64,000 nt of DNA. It comes from Catajapyx aquilonaris. Its lineage: Eukaryota. Positions 50,471 to 64,000 of this stretch are shown piece after piece (within the stretch, counting starts at the first letter, position 1; the number at the start of each line of letters is the position of its first letter). The stretch is from positions 1 through 64,000 of the forward strand of contig KZ538520.1 of NCBI GenBank assembly GCA_000934665.2, read 5' to 3'. The notes beneath the pieces were generated by a model, which made no database searches, was not told the origin of the DNA, and saw only the letters and a program-made list of their open reading frames with translations. The position numbers and the translations under genes are program-made.

Positions 50471-50917
50471 CGGGACACAGTGTGCATTTCGGGGCACAGT
50501 GGTACATGGACCACTGTGCCCCGCAAATGACTGGACCACTGTGCCCCGGACAGCAGAAACTGACATAATGCTATGATTGTAACTTTGATTGCAAGTTAGG
50601 CTTACCAAACTTCCGGTAATTCATGAGCAAAGGGCAGAACTATTCTACAAGATTTTTATATCAGGCTCATGCCCAACATCTACGCCTGAAGTGGCATTTA
50701 AACTGTGGGTTAGTAATTTACTTCACATATCTTCAAATCGATTTCGCTGGATATCTATCGATCGATCGATCGCTAGCCGTTGCCAGCCATGTTGGCAGGA
50801 GCATGGCAGTGACTTGTTTCACTTGGTACCAGATGAAAAAAAATTGGCGGCTTTTTCGATTTTTAAAATGGAAAGGTCCACTGTGCCCCGTGGTCCACTG
50901 TGCCCCAGTCTCCCCTA
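50471..50917. mobile_element. MITE-like element with CCACTGTGCCCC subterminal repeats
   Basis: Repeated GGACCACTGTGCCCCG/CGGGGCACAGTG; the right end reads CCCCAGTCTCCCC|TA. Confidence 0.5.
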
Positions 50918-51056
50918 TTTGTCATGTATTAAAATTGAAGCGAATGGGGCCCAACTCTGAATCTAACAAGTGCGCAAGTGAGATTATATAATTAGTGACG
51001 CAACAAGGTACTGTACGTGACAATTGAAAGATGAATGTCTGTCTCTATGATTCCAG

Positions 51057-51301
51057 GTGTTCCTATTCTTGAGGAGATCAACACTTCACACGACACAATT
51101 GAATCCGCCATTGAGCAGAAGGCAGACTCCTGCGCAGATGGTGATCAATCAACCAAAGGGGGAAGCATAGCCATGGAGGGCTCTGACAGCTTCTATTCTG
51201 TCAAAAGTGGAGTCAGTGACGAAGCCGAGGATGAAGAGGAAGATGGCACAATTCCTGCGGAGGAGGAAACTGACTTCTCCGTCTGTGAGCAGTCCTCCTA
51301 G
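51057..51301 (+). CDS. Candidate terminal exon encoding an acidic/Ser-rich low-complexity peptide (possible partner of the PWWP exon)
   Basis: Acceptor atgattccag at 51056, then an open frame VPILEEINTSHDTIESAIEQK...DEAEDEEEDG...CEQSS* with coding-like composition. It is phase 1, which is compatible with the donor at 38016. Confidence 0.4.
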
Positions 51302-52269
51302 CGGTATGGTTGGGGAGGTTGAGATTTTTAAAATATGAGAGCTCGGATGTGTTTTTGGTCCCTCTCCAGGAAGCTGGGGAGGGGGCATGGCCTCTACCCG
51401 ACGTTTTTGGTGCCTCTCCAGAGAGTGGAGAGGGGGGAAAAGGGGGGTGAAATGGGCGGAGCTCTCCACAAATTCCCAAAAAGTGTCTTCTCTCCTCGGA
51501 GGTGGAAGAGACTTTCTGGAGAGGGGGCTGGAGCGGAGGGAGGGCGGGAAGCGGGTGAAGGTTTAAGAATTAAACGTCACCAAGGAATTGGTTGCAGAAT
51601 TAAACCTCCTTGGGCCCAGGGTCCTCGCCTCGCCTCGCCTCGCCTCGCGCTCTCCTCAACTGTTTTGAGTGCTTTCTCCCCTAGCTACACCATTCCGCCC
51701 GTTTTTGGGTTTAATAGTGGAGAGGGGGGATGTGGGAGATATTCCGGAAGCCCCGCCGTCTTCTACCTCTCCTCTCCATCTTCCTGGAGAGGGACCAAAA
51801 ACACACCCTTCAACTGTGAATCGGCTGTGTTTGTGCGGATATTTTTTATGCTTTTCTATTTTTTGTTACGTGTTTAATAAAGGCAAGTTGAAGTCATCCA
51901 GTTTTGTGTTGTCTATGGGGGTGCAACAGTTTTTTTCCCATAATTTTCCATAAAGCTGACCTAGAAACGGTTTCATCTTGGAGACTTGAATTCAATCGGC
52001 CCGCCAGTTTGGGTGATGTCATGAGATGACTGCGCGCGCATTGGCCGGTTCCTTTAAATTAAACTGTAAAAATTGGTGCAATTTTTTAAAGTTTTTAAAT
52101 ATTTTCATTAAAAGTAAGACAATAACATTAATTTTTTTCAGGTAGGTACATGATGTTTCTCAGATCGAGATTTGGCAACGCTGCGCTGGTTTGGACGGAA
52201 GAAACAAGAAATTATAGGGTAATAAACCATACAGTTACGGCACGGGCCACCATACTTTTAATTGATATT

Positions 52270-52487
52270 TAAGGAGGTTGGCCCAGCATTTGCCATTCAA
52301 CCTCCAAGGATAGGGAAGGAAGGAAGCGGCTGTGGCCTATTATACGGAAGCGACCCCGGAAGTATCCTAGAAAGACCGTGGAAAACCACAGAAAACCACG
52401 GTCAAGGTTGCCGGCCCTGGGATTCGAACCCAGGACCTCCCGATTAGCAGTCGGACGCCTTATCCACTATGCCAACCTGCTTCGGTC
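52270..52487 (-). mobile_element. tRNA-derived SINE (same family as 24100-24397)
   Basis: Minus-strand A box TGGCATAGTGG and B box GGTTCGAATCC; shared body sequence. Confidence 0.7.
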
Positions 52488-52998
52488 GGGCCACCATACA
52501 GTTGAGCCACTTATATTAAAGATTAATATAAGTGGCTCATTACTGTATGGTGGCCCTTATCTTATTTATATTAATGTGTGTAGTGAAAGTAGTGATCATT
52601 TTCGCCCATGGGTGGCTGCTGCACTGCATTGTTGGACGAACGTTGTGTACAATTTTTTCCCGGTTATTGGACTTTCATCAAGGTCACCGCAGAGCCTCTC
52701 GTCTCTGAGGTACAATAGCATTGAAAGAACGGCACCTCTCTTAGTCATTCCCCAACCCCAAAATGGCCAACCTGGCAAGGGTGACTGTGCCAGCAGGCAG
52801 CTATGGGCTCACTGGAGAACTCAAGGCCCACCACCACATCAAGGTGGAGATGAGCTTTTTTTTTCTTTTGGATTTTTTAAAAATAAATGTGAATGAAGTG
52901 TGGCATGGTACTAATCTGCTGTGGTGTGACAAATTAGGATGTGAGGAAGTGAGCGTGAAAGAGTGTCAGGAAGAGCGAGAGAGGTCATGAAGTAATGA

Positions 52999-53472
52999 TC
53001 AGCCCAGGGCTTTGGTGTATACAATGTTCTTAGTTTTCCCATCTGGTGCATAAACATAGAGACTGTTAGGGCTTCCCACCCGTGACGCTCCAACATACAA
53101 CTGTCTGTGAGAGAAGCAGGGCTCTTCCAGTTGCAGCCCAGCTACCTTCAAAGTTTGCCCCTGAGACTTGTTGATGGACATGGCGAAGCTGAGCCTTGCA
53201 GGGAGCCTCCTGAACTCAAATGGCAAGTATGTCGGGATGACTGGTATTCTGGGAATGTGGACGTCTTCTCCCTTGCCACATCCCGAGAGAATTGTAGCCT
53301 GGATGACATAGGGCATAAGAGTTTTGACAGCAAGTCTAGTGCCATTGCAGAGTCGGGGTGGATCCAGGCTGCGAATGAGCATACTGGGATGAGTACCAAT
53401 TTTTAAAGTGAGAGAATGAGGTGGGACTCCAGGAGGTTCTAGTGAATAATTTAGAAATATTCTGTTGGGTAG
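52999..53472 (-). mobile_element. Helitron RepHel (PIF1-like helicase) C-terminal fragment
   Basis: [59 protein letters not shown]. Confidence 0.85.
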
Positions 53473-54080
53473 TGCACCACCTGGGTCTCCTCTGGGACTG
53501 TGTCCACAGACTTGTAGCAGTGGCAAGGACCGTGGGTGGCCCGGCGAGGTGCGAAGTAGTGGGCGCACGTGGTAGTGCTCTACCCTGGAGCCTCCTTGGT
53601 CTAGCGCAGGGTCACACTAATTCAACATATACACCCGACAAGCGGGGGCTATCGGGGGCTATTTTTTTACGTGCTTCCGTTCGGCTTTAAACCATTTATT
53701 GTATACTTAATAGGATTTATTCGGACTGTTTATTCAAAAATAACATAAGCTAAATTCTCACCAGAGGATATTTGTGGGTAAATATCAAGTGCGTCGTCAA
53801 ATCACGTAGGAAAAATAATTTCAGCCATTTTCACCCACGCATATGACAAGCAGGGAATATTGTAATAGCTGCATGAAACGCATCGCGAAATCCAAAACGG
53901 AAGAGGGGAAAGTGTCGGCCTCCAAATAGAAAAAAAAAAACGGGCAGTGTTTTCCAATTTCCAATCTAAAGTGTCATTGTGGAAGTCTTGTCTTTCATTT
54001 ACTGTTCCTTAAAGGATGTTTTGATAAAATTCGCAAAACCTATTTATGTCGTCCTAAACTGAGCTCCGCGCCCATTGTGC

Positions 54081-54300
54081 GCCGGTGGACTGGTGGTAAG
54101 CGCGCTCGCGTCTGGTCCCAAAGTTGTGAGTTCGAACCCGGCCGAGGTCGGTGACTTTTCTCCAGGTGGGAGAAAAGTGAGAGTGAGGCTTCCTTCGGAG
54201 GGGAAGTAACGCCGTCGGTCCCGTGTGCTTGTGACAATGCTGGAGTGCACGTTAAAGATCCCCAGAGTGGCCAAATTTCCAGGAGGAGGACCACCCCCTG
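54081..54300 (+). mobile_element. tRNA-derived SINE
   Basis: A box TGGACTGGTGG and B box GAGTTCGAACCC, followed by the body GGAAGTAACGCCGTCGGTCCC...CACGTTAAAGATCCCC. Confidence 0.65.
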
Positions 54301-54398
54301 GCGAAAAAATGCAATAGGAATCGCACATTCATGTACATGGGCTAGAAAAAATAGTTAAATTTTGTTCCCTATAGTGACTAGTGTTATTATATTGTTAA

Positions 54399-55384
54399 CT
54401 AGCAGGATACCCGGCATTACTCGGGTTATGACATACTTCTTCATAGGAGTAACTCATTCATTTGGTAGTTACCTTTGCAATAATTATGCAATAATGGCGG
54501 CCGAAATGGAACTCTTTCAATATATTATAAACAAAACATCGTCATCCCCTAACTACATCAACAGTCTCGCAACCAATAGGCAACACTGGTTAAACTCGAA
54601 ATTGGATTAAAGTACAACCAATGTGAGTACAAAACAGTGAACAAAGTACAGACACCACGTAGAAATGTCATAACACACAAGGGTGACGTTAAACCAATAA
54701 CCACTATGTACTGAATTCGAGCCCACCTATTCAGTTCAGAGCCCACGAAGGGAAGGATGTAATGCGCGATCTGATCGCACCGCAAGGTGGAGTCTGACTG
54801 CTCCTCCAATTCCTCCTGGTGCGTCAAGAAAAAAACTCCACCTTTCTGACCCTGTCTACTATTGCAGATTGCATGTCCCACCTGTTCCTATTGATTTGTT
54901 TTGAATGTGAAATTCGAAAGTGGGCAGGGGAAGGTGGGGGTGGGTGTAACAACAGAGTGGAGGGGAGGGCGGATGGAGGAGCGAGTTGATGGGCAGGGGG
55001 GGGGGGGCTTTGCTGGGGGGAATGGAATGGAAGGGCTGGAGCCTGGAGGTGGCAATGGGGAGAGGGCGATGTGACCCCTTCGGCCGTCAGAGAACGAAAG
55101 GACAGTGTCCCCGGCAACTCAACAGAGGAGTTGTTTACACCCAATTGCGCATGATTAGAACGCGGGCCCATGGGGAGGTGGCCTTTTCGACTCCTGCGGC
55201 CAAGGATGACCTCGGAGGTCAAGTCCAATGTGCTTATGACCTTCCCAGTAAAAAAACTACCCCTATAATCATTCCCCTGGGACATTTGTCGAGGCCTCCG
55301 TATATGGATTTGCATCGGGATCAGACAGACACAGACAGACAGATATACTTCCAGAAATATGTACCGGTATTAAATTAATAAAGA
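54399..55384 (-). mobile_element. Non-autonomous Helitron
   Basis: Minus-strand 3' hairpin CCCGAGTAATGCCGGG + CTAG|T at 54399, nearly identical to the end at 48581. A 5' TC and (CTGT)n lie near 55384-55320. Confidence 0.6.
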
Positions 55385-56214
55385 AAATCTGACGAACCAT
55401 TCAAGAAGAGAATACAGATCGACAAAAGCATAATTAAGCTTGATCTCTGTTCGGACATGTTCGATTCAAACGCGATGTGCATAGAACGGTCTGGGTCCAT
55501 CTGACTCGGTCTGACTTGCAGGCACGCAGCCATCCATGGCTTCAATATGGCGGGCATGGAACAGAACAGTAATACCAAATACATTGTTCGAATGTGATCG
55601 CACTATTGGATACACCATGGCTGCCAGAATATATACCGTGAGCCCGTGGTGAGCCACACGCTATTCACATTTGAAGATACCAGTGGTAATGATCCTATCG
55701 ATTGTGACCCAATAACGGCAAAGTTTCAACTTGGTTTCAATCCATCCTTTGTAATAATTTTGCATACGGTACTGTTCAATACAGAATGGACGGTGTTATG
55801 CAATAATGAGTCAACCCACATAAGAAGAGTTTTGAGAAAAATGGCTTTGAAGGTCATGATTACCTGTGAAATTAATTCAGTGTTCTTTTCGGTCATTTAT
55901 GTCAGAAGTATGCAGATTTCACCAGCGTGATTTTAACTGAATTAAGTAGGATCCTTCAAGTATCATACGTTCCTGGGCTTATTAGCTCAATTTTGACATT
56001 TTTGTGGGTTGACCCATCATTCCATAACACCGTACAGATGAGGGTAATGATGCTAGTCTTGTTATGCTCACATGGCGTTATCCATTGTGACGCGTCATGT
56101 CAGCATTCAAAAACTTGGCCATTTTCGGACTTCGAAATTTCGGGAAAAGAGGATTCTCAACCTGTATCTGTCTCTTCGAACGTAGCAACAACACTTGTCC
56201 CTTGCTGTCTCCAG

Positions 56215-63252
<7,038 letters not shown>

Positions 63253-63459
63253 CATCCCAAGGAGCTTTGTTACTCCCGCCTGTCCTCATCCTCGTGTTTT
63301 GTTCCCCCACGTACTGGTATACCATTTCCAGTTGAGTTTGTTTGAGTAGCCATGCGTGTGATGGGTTTTCCTTGTGAAGACTGGCTTGTAAATAAATTCT
63401 TCTTTTTAAAGTCCATTCAACGGTCCATTCGACGGTGTGATTCACTGCATGCGAGGGGG

Positions 63460-63500
63460 GGAGAGAGACGGGNAGAGAGAGAGAGAGAGAGAGAGAGAGA
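63460..63500 (+). repeat. (GA)n microsatellite
   Basis: Read directly from the sequence; contains an N. Confidence 0.85.
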
Positions 63501-64000
63501 TCTCAAACCATACCTACTCTATCTCCTCTCTCCACCTATTTCCTAATTATTGTTCCCACAATTTTTTAAAAATAACATAATATTTTACGACCAAGCACGT
63601 TAGATCGGTTGAAATCAGTTTCCAATGATTGTTGGAGTTGTCCGGAACAGCCTATTCCGTAGCATTATTCACCTATTATGTGACCTCTTTTAAAATGCAG
63701 ATCGGGGCCATTAATTGTTTGATGGAGTGGAAGGAGTGGCAGTTCTCAGCAGGTGTGAGTGACAAAAGCATTTGACTTAAACAAAGAGTATGTGTTGTTT
63801 TGTGCTGCGGGACAGGTAATTATTTTTTTTTGTAACTTGAGGAACATTTGAGGCGAAAGTGCAAATAATTTGCAGATTTGGGCACTAAATATGTGCCTCA
63901 TTTTGGGCACACTGAAGTATTTAAGGGGCGATAGCCCCTTAGTAAGACCGTAGCATAGATTTCAACAATGAATTTGTTCAACATCTTGTTACGCTTTTTT

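Noticed and set aside
52763..52843. Possible first RFX coding exon (MANLARVTVPAGSYGLTGELKAHHHIK) with a good start context
   Set aside because: The donor is weak (AAG|gtggag) and I recognise no RFX similarity; it cannot be supported without transcripts.
52999..53568. Cellular PIF1 helicase gene
   Set aside because: It is an intronless partial C-terminus with small indels and Helitron-type motifs, so it is a transposon remnant.

Overview
Eukaryotic genomic DNA, most likely from an arthropod: AT-rich, short GT-AG introns, very repeat-rich, and a draft assembly with small N gaps. All gene models were built by hand from splice signals and protein-motif recognition; no database search was run. 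Genes: (1) an intact 11-exon SLC26A11-like anion transporter (+, 9714-20277). (2) A 3-exon PLD6/Zucchini-like gene (-, 25072-23257) whose HxKxxxxD lysine is replaced by Thr. (3) OXLD1 (-, 31753-31421), plus a frameshifted tandem copy (35646-35980). (4) An MSH6-type N-terminal exon with a PIP box and PWWP domain (+, 37263-38016); no MutS-domain exons are visible downstream. (5) An orphan DDX19/Dbp5 exon (44287-44464). (6) A divergent RFX transcription factor gene (+, ~56215-63252) with an apparent +1 frameshift in its last exon. The remainder is mostly transposon material: Tc1/mariner, hAT, piggyBac-like and CACTA-like MITEs (many are near-perfect palindromes), EnSpm, mariner and Helitron coding remnants, non-autonomous Helitrons, tRNA-derived SINEs, an LTR element with a tRNA-Lys primer binding site, and microsatellites. 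The most notable signal is the concentration of altered or partial copies of conserved genes within about 40 kb.
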